Shown: in pieces, positions 19,605-30,466 of the stretch
How the letters are laid out: each line of letters starts with the position of its first letter
Numbering within the stretch: position 1 is the first letter of the stretch
IMG/VR virus record: IMGVR_UViG_3300021197_000864
Location: 1-64,000 of that record
Reading direction: 5' to 3' (one strand)
Length of the DNA stretch: 64,000 nucleotides
DNA from: a virus
Notes under the pieces: generated by a model
The model's input: the letters and a program-made list of their open reading frames with translations, nothing else
Told to the model about the DNA's origin: nothing
Databases searched by the model: none
Made by a program: the position numbers and the translations under genes

Positions 19605-21251
19605 CTAACCTACCCTTCTTTCAGTTCTTTTATCAACATTTTGATTTCCGGCTGCTTCAGGTAAACCACTAAATCTTTTATCAGGCCCACTATCCATACT
19701 AGGTTTATTTCTAGTTGTAGCAGGATTCTCTTGTTTTTTACCTTGATTCATCATCTCTTCTTGCATTTGTCCTAATTGACTTGCATCAATATCTGTACCT
19801 GCATACGGGTCTAATTCAACTTCCCCTTCTCCCTCTCCACCTTTATCTGCTTGTTCCGGTTTAGGTTCAGGTTTAGAATAGGAAAATCTACCTTCATCAT
19901 CCATGTCAATTTCAAACCCTAGATTCTTAATAGATGCAGCAATATTAACTTCAATCTCTCGCTTTCTTAATTTAGCAACTTCATCTTCTTCTTCTGATGG
20001 TGGAAGTTTTAGAACCCAATCGGTAATTCCAAACTCTTTTGTTACAAAAGGAAATACATAATTATTCCAAATTGTTTGAGCCATTTCTACTGCTCTATTA
20101 GTAACAAGTATTTGCATACCTTCATTATTTAATCCTCCACTAGAAGAATTATCAGCCATAAATATTTTACTTACTCCATAGAAACCTGATACCCTATCTC
20201 TCAAATCATCTTTGACTGAGACATAATCCATTTCTTTTAGACTATCCATAAACTTAATCCATTCAATAGAACCTTTACCACCTTCTGATTCAATACCCAT
20301 TACAGGTATAAAGTGTGGGTCTTGTTCCATCTTTTCTTTTACGCCTTTCCAAAAAGATTTCATAGATTCTATATTTCTAGTCTGTACTGCAAGTAATCCT
20401 CTAGGCATTCTTGCCTTAGTATATGATGAATTGATATAATTATCCATAGCAATAAGTGTTGTAACACTATTCCATAAAGTAATTAGTGGTGATAGACCAT
20501 ATAGCCTACTAGGTGTATATTTACTAAAATGTAAGACTTCACCTTCTAAGAAATATTGTTCTTCACCATTTACTCTATTAACATAATGTATAGGATATAA
20601 TTCAGATGTACCACAATGAGGACAAGACCCTACCGGAGTATCACTAATGAAATCTCTATGCCTTAAACAGGTAAATCCCTCATTGCCTCTTTCACCTAAC
20701 TCATCAGCATAAATATGCATACCAACTGGGTCGCCTCGATAGATTTCCTTTATACGGTGCATCATTACTTCTGAATCATTATCTAAGAAATATTCCTTAA
20801 CTAAGACTAAGTATGCATCATCCATTATGTTCAAATCATCTTCTAACTCCTTAAGTACATCAATAAACAATTGTTCTGATTTGTTGACATACCCCTCCAT
20901 AAATGATAATGCGTATTTTAGTTGGTCACGATTAGGTTTAGACAAGTTTGTAGAGCCACAATCTACACATTCGATTGTTGGGGTTTTATGTTCTTTACAG
21001 CAGTCATCACACTTAGCGACAAACTTTTCTTCCCAAACATACCCTCTTCTAAATATTTCATTTTTTAATTGAGTAACGCAAGTTCTAACTATTATAGATT
21101 GATTTGCTATATGATAGATAATAGGTGCAGTTAACATATAGGAATTATCTTTCTCCTGAATACCCGGATTAAACACCTTACGGTCAGCAGGTCTTGGGGT
21201 TGTTCTTCTGAATAGATTCGTTATGCTGAATCTTCTTTTTTCTTCTACCAT
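19605..21251 (-). CDS. portal protein with Zn-ribbon insertions
   Basis: YGLSPL, helical stem pattern, FYGVSKIFM; between terminase and head genes; CxxC pairs. Confidence 0.85.
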   Translation of the reverse strand: MVEEKRRFSITNLFRRTTPRPADRKVFNPGIQEKDNSYMLTAPIIYHIANQSIIVRTCVTQLKNEIFRRGYVWEEKFVAKCDDCCKEHKTPTIECVDCGSTNLSKPNRDQLKYALSFMEGYVNKSEQLFIDVLKELEDDLNIMDDAYLVLVKEYFLDNDSEVMMHRIKEIYRGDPVGMHIYADELGERGNEGFTCLRHRDFISDTPVGSCPHCGTSELYPIHYVNRVNGEEQYFLEGEVLHFSKYTPSRLYGLSPLITLWNSVTTLIAMDNYINSSYTKARMPRGLLAVQTRNIESMKSFWKGVKEKMEQDPHFIPVMGIESEGGKGSIEWIKFMDSLKEMDYVSVKDDLRDRVSGFYGVSKIFMADNSSSGGLNNEGMQILVTNRAVEMAQTIWNNYVFPFVTKEFGITDWVLKLPPSEEEDEVAKLRKREIEVNIAASIKNLGFEIDMDDEGRFSYSKPEPKPEQADKGGEGEGEVELDPYAGTDIDASQLGQMQEEMMNQGKKQENPATTRNKPSMDSGPDKRFSGLPEAAGNQNVDKRTERRVG

Positions 21252-21307
21252 ATCTTATCCCCCTAATTATTAATTATCCGATTTCCCAAACACATATTAA
21301 AGTTCCT

Positions 21308-22675
21308 TTATGTGCTATTTACTCCTATCAGATTTGAGGCATCATCTCTCTCTAACTTATCCATCCAACTCATTTTAGAATTTTCTTCTAGTTTACTTAT
21401 AGAATCCAAATCAATATCAAAAGCAGAAAAGTCAAAGTTTACATTATCCCTATGATTATGATATTTCATTAATTTAAATAATTCTCCCATCCTACCTTTA
21501 GCCCAAGGTTGTTTTTTAAATCCTTTTTTGATTCTAACCAACTCTAATAATATATCTGCATTCGGGCCTTTCATTCTAAAGTGTGGCCTACATTTAGTCA
21601 ATAAATCATGCACATCTTTTTGAGAATAGAAGTTTAATCTGTTTACAGGTCTAGTATCTTGTGGAGATTTTTGGTCTAAATGTAATCTACCCATACCTAA
21701 ACACTTGTGTAACTCTAACATGAAAGCCTTACCTCTATCTCCCGTAGCAACTAAACCAACTCTAGGATTGTTATTTCTATCCATAGTAATATATCCATCA
21801 GAATCTATGAATGCCGCAGTATAAGCCCAAACATTCTTTTTAATATCATCATTTATTTTATAATATGCTCCATCCACATTAGTAATATTTTGACTAATTG
21901 CTAATTTAGAAATAATTTGAGGAGAAGACATTTTCTTAAGATTATCAGGTAATGCTTCGTGTATTTCTCTAGAAGATATTCCCGGTGAATTACAAACAGA
22001 TTTCAAAATGTTTTCTTTAATCCTTTTCTTAATTCCTTTTGTAGAACTTTGAGATTTTATAATTCTCTTAAAATCTTTTTTTGCTGTTGTCATTTCTTTA
22101 CTAATAGAAATATATTGTTTATTTAAAGGCATATCTTTTATTTCTAATTTATTCTCCCAATACTTACAAAGAGAATCTATAACCTGTCTTTTGGTATCTA
22201 TATCTTGAATTTTGCTAAGTTTGATTATCTGTGATTCCGAACAAGTCATATCTTTAATTATAGATTTATATGGACTAGCCCAATAAATCTTATCAATACT
22301 CTTATCTAAATGGTCTGCGTAAGCATCTATTAAATTATCAATAGATTTACTCATATCCAACCTTTTTTCACCCTTAAGGGTTCTTCTGAACATTCTCATA
22401 TCTTTAACCAAATCAGGAATGTTCTTACTCTCTATTGTGTATTCCTTAAGTGATAAATCTAATATTCTATCTGCCTTTGTATAAGACATATTGAAATCTT
22501 CTGCAAATTCTTTTACTAAATCATTGTGGCTAGATAATGGCCTACCATCGAGCCATAACATCTTGGCCTCTAGTTCCATCTCCTGCTCTAGTTGACGTTG
22601 CTCAGCAGTAAGTTCTTCAACTTCCTTTACTTTGTCTGTTAATGCTTGTAGTTGTTCAGAATTAGGAGTCGCCAT
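21308..22675 (-). CDS. LAGLIDADG endonuclease domain with long N-terminal helical/wHTH region
   Basis: WAYTAAFIDSDGYI motif; upstream ILKSVCNSPGISSREIHEAL HTH-like segment. Confidence 0.8.
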   Translation of the reverse strand: MATPNSEQLQALTDKVKEVEELTAEQRQLEQEMELEAKMLWLDGRPLSSHNDLVKEFAEDFNMSYTKADRILDLSLKEYTIESKNIPDLVKDMRMFRRTLKGEKRLDMSKSIDNLIDAYADHLDKSIDKIYWASPYKSIIKDMTCSESQIIKLSKIQDIDTKRQVIDSLCKYWENKLEIKDMPLNKQYISISKEMTTAKKDFKRIIKSQSSTKGIKKRIKENILKSVCNSPGISSREIHEALPDNLKKMSSPQIISKLAISQNITNVDGAYYKINDDIKKNVWAYTAAFIDSDGYITMDRNNNPRVGLVATGDRGKAFMLELHKCLGMGRLHLDQKSPQDTRPVNRLNFYSQKDVHDLLTKCRPHFRMKGPNADILLELVRIKKGFKKQPWAKGRMGELFKLMKYHNHRDNVNFDFSAFDIDLDSISKLEENSKMSWMDKLERDDASNLIGVNST

Positions 22676-22690
22676 AATATTTACCTCTTT

Positions 22691-24127
22691 TTAAAAATTC
22701 AATCCCATCAATCCTGTGTTCATATTTATAGATGGCTTTTGTGGCGCATCAAACACTCCGAGGTCATCCAGTAGTATAAAGGAGTCAGTAGGAGACTGAG
22801 TAGCAGCATTAGCCAATGCTAATCCCATAACTAAGTCATCATGCGCCCCTACACCCTCAAATCTGCCGGATTCTGTTATAGAAAACATAGATAATTCTTC
22901 AATTAATGCAGTAGTCATACTCCTACTGTTATTATCACCATAAGGAAAGTTAATTTTACCATTTTCTATGTTCATTTGTAGATTTAATATGATTTCTTGC
23001 TTCTTTTTTCTTGTTGTGTTGAAGTCTTTGATGTTCATATCAGTCAAACTGCGTAATTCTTGTGTAAATGCCTTAGCAAATGTATTTGTTTCATATAATA
23101 TCTGCTCAGGCTCAAAAACTTGGCCTATTATTCTTATTTTTTCAATATTTTCTCTAAATTCAACATTTTTTGCTCTATCAACATGAACAATTGTTTTATT
23201 TTTCTCTTCATCTACTTCTAAAACAACAATTACATTATAATCACCATCAGTAGAGATAGCAGGGTCAACTCCAACGTAATATTTGTATCCTTTATCTTTA
23301 CGATGGCCTAATTTTAACACATATTCTTTATTTTTACATTTATTTACATAATCAGGGTCAAAAAGTGCAGTTCCGGTTGAAACTGGTATGCATAAATACT
23401 CTCTAGTAAACTTCAATGACCCTATTTCCGATTTTCTTTGCATTAATGCATCATAGTCCCATCTTTCAGGCCAAAGAGGTTTATTCATTGAATTTAAGCA
23501 TGGATATTTTCTAACAGTATAAGCATCATTCTCTTCTAACTGTGAAAATATATCAGTATATGTAAAAGGAGTACCAATCATTCTCAAACTTGCAGTATGG
23601 TGTAATGTCGGTATCATATCTCCAAAGAACCAATCTGTAACTCTTTGAATACCTGATAAACTAAACTCTTTCAAAGGGTCATCAATAATTATTTCTTGAG
23701 GGTGAAGTCCTCTAATTTGAGAACCAACAGAACGCTCTAAAATTGCATTACCATTAGTCAGTTGAATATTCCCAATAGCCCAACCTCTAGAAGGTCTGAA
23801 TTTTTTTAATTGTGGAAGATTAAAATATTTATCAATTTCACGCATATGTACTAAAGTCTGTTTTTGGTTAGAAGATATGTATAGCATTTGAAAAGGTGGT
23901 TCTTGAAACACAAGATTCCATACTACCCAACTATGCATAAAGACGGATTTCCCATGGTCACGACTACAAACAATAACAGTTCTATCTGTACTCTGCATTA
24001 ACTCTAACCATTCTTGCATATATTCAGGATACATCATTCCTAATACATTCTTAAAAAAATACGGAAAAGAAGTCTTGGATAATTCCATATCCATAGAAGT
24101 CATAAAATCCGTACTACCTAGTTCCAT
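22691..24127 (-). CDS. terL: terminase large subunit
   Basis: Walker A SRDHGKS, IRGLHPQEIIIDD, nuclease VGVDPA and HDDLVM; start moved to ATG 24127 behind GGTGA. Confidence 0.93.
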   Translation of the reverse strand: MELGSTDFMTSMDMELSKTSFPYFFKNVLGMMYPEYMQEWLELMQSTDRTVIVCSRDHGKSVFMHSWVVWNLVFQEPPFQMLYISSNQKQTLVHMREIDKYFNLPQLKKFRPSRGWAIGNIQLTNGNAILERSVGSQIRGLHPQEIIIDDPLKEFSLSGIQRVTDWFFGDMIPTLHHTASLRMIGTPFTYTDIFSQLEENDAYTVRKYPCLNSMNKPLWPERWDYDALMQRKSEIGSLKFTREYLCIPVSTGTALFDPDYVNKCKNKEYVLKLGHRKDKGYKYYVGVDPAISTDGDYNVIVVLEVDEEKNKTIVHVDRAKNVEFRENIEKIRIIGQVFEPEQILYETNTFAKAFTQELRSLTDMNIKDFNTTRKKKQEIILNLQMNIENGKINFPYGDNNSRSMTTALIEELSMFSITESGRFEGVGAHDDLVMGLALANAATQSPTDSFILLDDLGVFDAPQKPSINMNTGLMGLNF

Positions 24128-24131
24128 TATA

Positions 24132-24395
24132 TCACCAATCTCTACAAGCCATACATCTAGCGGAGTAATCACTTCTTTTACACGTAGAACATTTATGTCT
24201 TGCCCTAAACGATTTTCTTCTTTTACCATCTCTTTTACCTGAAACAGTTACTCCTCTTTGACCCCAATGTACTCTTTTATATCCACCCTTACCGTTAGGA
24301 ACACACTTCATCCATTTCTTACCCTTACGAGTAGATGATGTTTTTTTTGTAGCCCTAGTACATTGCCCTTCTTTAACTACGTCAAACCAACTCAT
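24132..24395 (-). CDS. small basic Cys/His protein, tagged
   Basis: MSWFDVVK; RRKSFRARHKC...ARCMAC. Confidence 0.7.
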   Translation of the reverse strand: MSWFDVVKEGQCTRATKKTSSTRKGKKWMKCVPNGKGGYKRVHWGQRGVTVSGKRDGKRRKSFRARHKCSTCKRSDYSARCMACRDW

Positions 24396-24829
24396 GCTGT
24401 ACCCTTCCTTCTTTTATATGTTTTACATGCTGCACATGTTGGCCTACATCTTCTTTTAGTACCTTTAGATGCATCCTTTCTACCACAAGGTTTTGGCCCA
24501 CCTTTTTGACCACAACTAGAACAATCTATCCAACCTCTCTGAGTTTTACCACCTTTTTCTTTTCCACCTCTTCTAGAAAACCAACCGTGTAATCCTTCAT
24601 CTTTTTCTCTTTTGAAATTATCTCCACCTTTCTTTACAGAATTACCCCAGTTCTTTGCCCCAACTTTTCTACACTGAACTAAAGCACCACTGGCATAAGC
24701 AGAAGGCCATTTCTTGTAACGCCTTCTAACTTTATAATAACAAGCATCTTGTTTTTTACCCGACCTTTGAGTTTTACGTCTGCGGGGTTTTTTCTTTTTA
24801 GCCTTTAAAACTTCAAACCATACATCCAT
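24392..24829 (-). CDS. small very basic Cys-containing protein, tagged
   Basis: WFEVLK; DACYYKV...WPSAYASGALVQCRK. Confidence 0.7.
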   Translation of the reverse strand: MDVWFEVLKAKKKKPRRRKTQRSGKKQDACYYKVRRRYKKWPSAYASGALVQCRKVGAKNWGNSVKKGGDNFKREKDEGLHGWFSRRGGKEKGGKTQRGWIDCSSCGQKGGPKPCGRKDASKGTKRRCRPTCAACKTYKRRKGTA

Positions 24830-25389
24830 TATATTACCTCAGTTTTTATTGCAGCCCACCAACTAGAACTATGAACATAATATTTTTCTAATGTGCCTAT
24901 ATTACCATTTGCTGCACCAATAGAAATCTCATTAATTAATTCATCAGGTAATTCTGATTCATCCAATTGCCTAAATCCTTCCGATAGATAATGTTTCATA
25001 GCAACTTTACTTGAAAAATTTACTATAAGTTTTCTATTACCTTTTACTCTAATCATTTCACGAAATAATAATTTCATTAATCCTTTACCTCTAGAAGTAT
25101 CTCTAACATGTATTCCTGAACCTAATAAAAACTCTTTATATGGAGCATAACCAATCACACCTACTGGCTTATCTGTATCTTTTTCATATGCAATATGATG
25201 TACTGAGGGTTGTGTTGCAAACTTACCATCTTTAGGAGTATTTCTAAACCTATTAGCGCGAGATTTAAATCCAGTATAGCCATCTTTTGTAAAAATTTGG
25301 ATTGCTTCATCTTCTGACATTGTTTTAAAATAAATATCATCAGCAGCATAATTAGTGGAAGGTAATTCGGGATACTTTTCTTCTTCCAT
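24829..25389 (-). CDS. GNAT-family acetyltransferase
   Basis: IHVRDTSRGKGLMKLL (motif A), AMKHYLSEGF; C-terminal WWAAIK. Confidence 0.75.
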   Translation of the reverse strand: MEEEKYPELPSTNYAADDIYFKTMSEDEAIQIFTKDGYTGFKSRANRFRNTPKDGKFATQPSVHHIAYEKDTDKPVGVIGYAPYKEFLLGSGIHVRDTSRGKGLMKLLFREMIRVKGNRKLIVNFSSKVAMKHYLSEGFRQLDESELPDELINEISIGAANGNIGTLEKYYVHSSSWWAAIKTEVI

Positions 25390-25393
25390 TTAA

Positions 25394-28162
25394 TCACCTA
25401 AAGTTACCTTTCAAATAATATACTGCCTCTTCAGATATACCATGCTTCTTAGCAATACTCGACATTGAATCTAATTCAGTAACAATGGATTCTATATCAT
25501 TAGCAGTCAATTCTATCTTGTGCATATCATGTACATTATTGATGGCACTATTAACATGGTAAAAATTATCTAGTTTAGATATACCATAATACACTGGCTT
25601 ATTCAACATTTTTCTAATAGAGTCATGTGATTCTAATAAATTAACTTCAATATTACTTTTGATAAGTAATCCCTTGGTTGTTAAATTATCATAACTTTGT
25701 AAAAATGAAGCCACTAAGTTTCTACTTGCAGATGTACCTTCTTTAGTTTTACCATATCCTGACGAAGCCAATCCTGAATCTTTTGCTCTAGGATTCAACA
25801 AAGCATCTCCTTGATAATCACCTCTTCTTTTTCTAATATGTTTAACTAATACTGCCAAAGGATATAATTTATCGTTGTTATATTCTTTTGCTAATTCCTC
25901 AACAGGTGTACCATTAAACTCTACATCTATATTCAAATTATTTTTTTCCTTTATTTCTTGAAGTGCTGCACCAAACTCAATATCTATGTCTTTGGTATGT
26001 TGTGTTTCAAAAATTAAATCTAATTGTTTAGCGGCAAGTTCCATTTTAGATTTTATTCCTGATAATCTTGAGCCGGGTGCAACATTCCCAATCTCTTCTA
26101 ATAATTCAGTTAATCTTGTCAATGCCTTAACTGATAATGTTGCAGTACCCATTTCAGCATAACGCGCTAATAATGTTGTGAATGCAGTAGGTTCTTTTCC
26201 TTCCTGAGACATGAAAAAGTCCATCACCTTATTAGTTACATATTCAGGTTCATCATCGAAAGGCATATTTTCACTAAGTAATGGTCTAATTACATAATCT
26301 ATTAATCCATCAACATAGTCATCATACTCATTTTCAATTTCAGTCAAAACTTCCTTTAACTTAGTCCCTTTCCTTCCAGTAAATAAAGAAGAATATGTTT
26401 GTTCTTTTGCTCTTGATTTATCATCTTTACCAGTTCTACCTGCACTTGTTCTTGCGCCAGTAGGCATAGCAGCCTTTTCTGATGCAGTTCCCAAGTTTAG
26501 AATATCATACATTATATCAAAATGTTCTAATAATTTTTTATTTAGACCTTCTTTATTTTCTAGATTAAACTCATCAACTAATTTGTTTGTTAATGGGAGA
26601 TAATAGAAGTCCTTTACTTTATCTTCCGTAGCAAACTCTTCTAAATCATCTATGTAATTTTCCAATTTATTAAAATCAGAATCATTTAACTCTACATCTA
26701 TTTTAGTAGCATACTTTTTTGCCCTACGCTTCAATGATTGAATATCTTTCTTGAACGCAGCGACTCTTCCAAAAGCACCTTGTTCCCAAACATATTGAAA
26801 TAGTGGGTCAACTTCCTTTAGAGTTTTGAAAGATTCTATATCTTGGAATAATGCGGTTTCAGTTTTATTACCAAACGCTTCTCTAGTTGCTAAATCTGTT
26901 TGAGTTTTTGTAGATTGTTCTGCAAACTCAGGTTCTATCCTAACATCCATTGAATCATAATCACTCGCAGCAGAAGTAGCAGTATCTAATTCAATACTTT
27001 GAAACGCCTCTTGGTCTTTCAAATATCCTTCTAAAAAATCTCCTAATAATAATATTGCCTGAATACTTCTATCATCCTTTTCAATACGCTGCTTAGGTAC
27101 TTTAACAATATAATTATCTTCATTAGTTAAACGATTATCTTTGAGTTGTGCGATTCGTTGAAGAATGCTAGGCATATTCTCCTCAGACACTCTTTCACTA
27201 GAAAGATATTTTTCATATGCTTCTATAAACTCATCTTGAGAAGAAATATATTTTTCAAAATCAGAATGTTTCTTTTCCCAATAATCATATATCTTATCTC
27301 TTCTATCTAATGACTTTAAAGATAGAGAACCAACTAATAAATCAACACTTACTTTCTTAATATCCTCTTGCCCTGACACATTAATAGATTTCAATTTCCT
27401 AAGAATTGTTGATAGTCGTGTTTTCAAATGTGAATAATTATTAGTTAAATCTTCTAGTTGTGAAATATGAGCGTTTAACTTTACAGGGTCACTCAAATAA
27501 TTGTCCCTTCCTTCATCAGATAAAGATATTTTATTAATTGGAGTTTTAATTCCTTTGATTGCAGTTTTAACTGTAACACTTTTACCATCAAAGAGTAGGT
27601 TTCTTAAAATAGGTCTTAGAGTGTCTTTAATGATTGTATCTGTCGAGGCAATATCTCCGAAGGCAGCCTTGAATCCTTCTGATGAGGTTCTAGCATAATC
27701 ATAGAATAAATCCAACACTTTTCTTTTGGTTGATTCAGGAAATTTTGCAAACCCTTTGTATTTACTTATCTCATCTCTTACTGCATTTTTATACGATGTT
27801 GGTGAAAACTCTCCTGTTTCTTTATCTGCTGTACTTCCAAAAAATTTAGGATTAATTTTAATATCATACCCTCTAGTTATTTTACCTGCCATACCCATTT
27901 CAGGATTATCTTGTTTTTCTGCTAATAGAATGGCGAAGGCTAGGTTTTTAGCAGATGTAGTTTCTCTTACATGTTTTATAAAATCTCTTCTTATAGATTT
28001 AATATCAACATCTTCTTGTTCAGAACCACCTGTAACATAAGGCATTAATATTGAATTTAATGCAATAGTTCTACCTTTCAAAATTACTTCCATAACTTCA
28101 TCAAAGAAATCTAAATCTTCTAACCAAGTATCAAACTGCTCACTCATCCGATTCCACCTCAC
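25394..28162 (-). CDS. large hypothetical protein (922 aa), possible internal virion protein
   Basis: Long helical ORF; C-terminal HTH-like IAKKHGISEEAVY. Confidence 0.75.
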   Translation of the reverse strand: MRWNRMSEQFDTWLEDLDFFDEVMEVILKGRTIALNSILMPYVTGGSEQEDVDIKSIRRDFIKHVRETTSAKNLAFAILLAEKQDNPEMGMAGKITRGYDIKINPKFFGSTADKETGEFSPTSYKNAVRDEISKYKGFAKFPESTKRKVLDLFYDYARTSSEGFKAAFGDIASTDTIIKDTLRPILRNLLFDGKSVTVKTAIKGIKTPINKISLSDEGRDNYLSDPVKLNAHISQLEDLTNNYSHLKTRLSTILRKLKSINVSGQEDIKKVSVDLLVGSLSLKSLDRRDKIYDYWEKKHSDFEKYISSQDEFIEAYEKYLSSERVSEENMPSILQRIAQLKDNRLTNEDNYIVKVPKQRIEKDDRSIQAILLLGDFLEGYLKDQEAFQSIELDTATSAASDYDSMDVRIEPEFAEQSTKTQTDLATREAFGNKTETALFQDIESFKTLKEVDPLFQYVWEQGAFGRVAAFKKDIQSLKRRAKKYATKIDVELNDSDFNKLENYIDDLEEFATEDKVKDFYYLPLTNKLVDEFNLENKEGLNKKLLEHFDIMYDILNLGTASEKAAMPTGARTSAGRTGKDDKSRAKEQTYSSLFTGRKGTKLKEVLTEIENEYDDYVDGLIDYVIRPLLSENMPFDDEPEYVTNKVMDFFMSQEGKEPTAFTTLLARYAEMGTATLSVKALTRLTELLEEIGNVAPGSRLSGIKSKMELAAKQLDLIFETQHTKDIDIEFGAALQEIKEKNNLNIDVEFNGTPVEELAKEYNNDKLYPLAVLVKHIRKRRGDYQGDALLNPRAKDSGLASSGYGKTKEGTSASRNLVASFLQSYDNLTTKGLLIKSNIEVNLLESHDSIRKMLNKPVYYGISKLDNFYHVNSAINNVHDMHKIELTANDIESIVTELDSMSSIAKKHGISEEAVYYLKGNFR

Positions 28163-29804
28163 TACTTTCTACTTTCTTAGTTGCTATTTTTAAATTTTCT
28201 AAGATTTTTATGGGTTCAGTAACACCTTGAACATTTACTCTATAATTATCTTCTACGACTTTTTTCATAGAATCATAAATTATTTCTCGCAGCCCTTGAC
28301 GTATCTTACTATACCCACCGTTATTAATTAGTTCTTTTAACATTAACTCATAATATTCATTTCTTTGTTCATTATATTCTTCTAAAGAATCATATCGTGT
28401 TACATCCCTTTTGAATTTAGTAAAATATGTCTTAAAGTCTTTTACCATAGGAGTGCCAGTGCTTTGATTTATACTATCTAACATAGGGATTAAATCTTTA
28501 AACAGCCTAAATCGTGTATTAAAATTTGTATATTTTAGTCTATTTATGTTCATGAATGTTTCTTTTAAATCAACATCTTCTTCTGTAAATAAATCAGATA
28601 AATGCATTAAATCATTTACAGATGATAGCACATAAACACCGCCTCTTAATTCCATAGCAGAAAAAGCCTTTTCTCTTTCATCATAAGCAGTTAACCAATC
28701 TTCAAAATCTTGAGCATCTTCAAATCCATATTCATCATATGTTTCGTTATCTTCTTCACTTGATAAATCGAGATAATCTTGAGCAGGTATTTTATTCAAA
28801 GTTACACTTGCAGATAACCTCCTTACATACTCTTCAAATTGTTTCCTCAAATCTACATCTTTAGCAATAGATTCTAGGAACTTATTATCTTGATATACCT
28901 TTTTATTTTTAATATTCTCTTTAGTGGTACTTATTATGTTACTCATTATTTTTCTTAATCCTTCAGGAGCGTCACTACCTCTCAACCCTTTCAAAGCCTG
29001 TTTAGTAGCAATTGATAGTTTGGTTTTGGGTTTTTGAAAATCTCTAGATTCTAGATTACCGGAAGAATCAATAGGTAAGTTTTTAGTTTCTATAATGTAA
29101 ATTAGAGTAGGTAATAATTCATTATAATCATTTCCAAATAGTTCTTTGATTTTCCCTACGGAAATACTATCTTCAGTACCACCAAGAATTTGCATTTTAT
29201 TTCTTTTTGGTATATTACTACTAGTAACAACTTTTCTCAAATATGCAATCATTTTTTGAGAATTAGGTCTAGCACTTATTGTATATGTATCGGGTGCAGG
29301 TTTATCAATTTTGTAAGTATTTTTCAGCATTTCATATGCTTGAGTTTGTTTTGCTTCGTCAAAATTTTTGATTGCATCAAACAATTTTGTTTTATTATCT
29401 CTTACATTCTTTACCCTATTTCTTCTTGTCTCAGGTGCTTCAGGAGAGTTAGACCAATTTGGTAAAGATTGTATATCTCCCGACTTAAACTTCTCTAATA
29501 TATCATCGAATAGACTTCCCTTCTTACCACCTTTTGCACCACCAATTTGCTCATTTGATTTAATACCTTTAATTGCTTCTAGTATTTTCTTAGCCCTATC
29601 ATCTACTCCATCAATTTCTCTAATCTCAGAAAATGATTCAGGATTATCTAAAAAATATTGTATTGCATTTATTCTACCTGTAACATTTGCCCCAACAGTC
29701 TCCGAAATGAATTTATCCATTTGTTTATCAGTATAGAGATTGACTAAAATTCTCATATAATCATTAGCAGTCTGTCTCGGAAGTGCTTTTACTAAATTAG
29801 TCAT
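28140..29804 (-). CDS. hypothetical protein (554 aa)
   Basis: Long ORF, begins MTNLVKA. Confidence 0.75.
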   Translation of the reverse strand: MTNLVKALPRQTANDYMRILVNLYTDKQMDKFISETVGANVTGRINAIQYFLDNPESFSEIREIDGVDDRAKKILEAIKGIKSNEQIGGAKGGKKGSLFDDILEKFKSGDIQSLPNWSNSPEAPETRRNRVKNVRDNKTKLFDAIKNFDEAKQTQAYEMLKNTYKIDKPAPDTYTISARPNSQKMIAYLRKVVTSSNIPKRNKMQILGGTEDSISVGKIKELFGNDYNELLPTLIYIIETKNLPIDSSGNLESRDFQKPKTKLSIATKQALKGLRGSDAPEGLRKIMSNIISTTKENIKNKKVYQDNKFLESIAKDVDLRKQFEEYVRRLSASVTLNKIPAQDYLDLSSEEDNETYDEYGFEDAQDFEDWLTAYDEREKAFSAMELRGGVYVLSSVNDLMHLSDLFTEEDVDLKETFMNINRLKYTNFNTRFRLFKDLIPMLDSINQSTGTPMVKDFKTYFTKFKRDVTRYDSLEEYNEQRNEYYELMLKELINNGGYSKIRQGLREIIYDSMKKVVEDNYRVNVQGVTEPIKILENLKIATKKVESSEVESDE

Positions 29805-30466
29805 TGTAACTTCTCCTCCATCTTATTTCTAACATCTAACCAAACATCAGGATGATTTTGTGCTAATACTTCTTGCACTATTTGCATTTGTGCAACTATA
29901 ATTGTATCTTGCCTCTTATGTACAAGTTTACCTTTGAACTCCATAACATACTTTAGACTCTCTCTAATCTCTCTAGCAAGTTTAGTTAAACTATCAATAG
30001 ATTTTGGGTCTGTACTGCCTTCATCAAATAATGATTCTATCATAGTATCTAATCTACCAATGTTTCTTTCTAATGTTTCTATCTCATCTATTTCCTTCAC
30101 AGCAATTATATTTGCTGCGGATTGTTGAACTAAGGGCTGCAAATGATTTTTTACATGACGCACTATTTGTTCTTCTGAGCATCCTACAATTTCTGCGGCC
30201 TTAAGTGGAGTCATATTACCTGCATGTAATTGTTCTTCTAATTCTTTTCTAATAGGACTAACACATAAACCACACTTAGGATTAGATGAGTTAACGTATT
30301 CCCCCATATGATTTCTTTGGTGTCTAGAAGTTGTACCACTAGGCCAATCATATTCTCTATCTATAATGTCTGTACTAATATGTAATTCTTCGACTCTATG
30401 TTCAATTTCGTACCTGTCCTCATGATTACATAAGACACAACGCTTTCTAGTTACCAAATGAAACAC
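29801..30466 (-). CDS. putative terminase small subunit (tandem CxxC..H..H/HTH repeats plus coiled coil)
   Basis: CVLC...HQRNH and CGLC...HVKNH repeats, then oligomerisation-like helices. Confidence 0.5.
   Translation of the reverse strand: MFHLVTRKRCVLCNHEDRYEIEHRVEELHISTDIIDREYDWPSGTTSRHQRNHMGEYVNSSNPKCGLCVSPIRKELEEQLHAGNMTPLKAAEIVGCSEEQIVRHVKNHLQPLVQQSAANIIAVKEIDEIETLERNIGRLDTMIESLFDEGSTDPKSIDSLTKLAREIRESLKYVMEFKGKLVHKRQDTIIVAQMQIVQEVLAQNHPDVWLDVRNKMEEKLQ

Noticed and set aside
24128-24229. N-terminal extension of terminase given in ORF track
   Set aside because: Overlaps upstream gene; GGTGA RBS supports ATG at 24127
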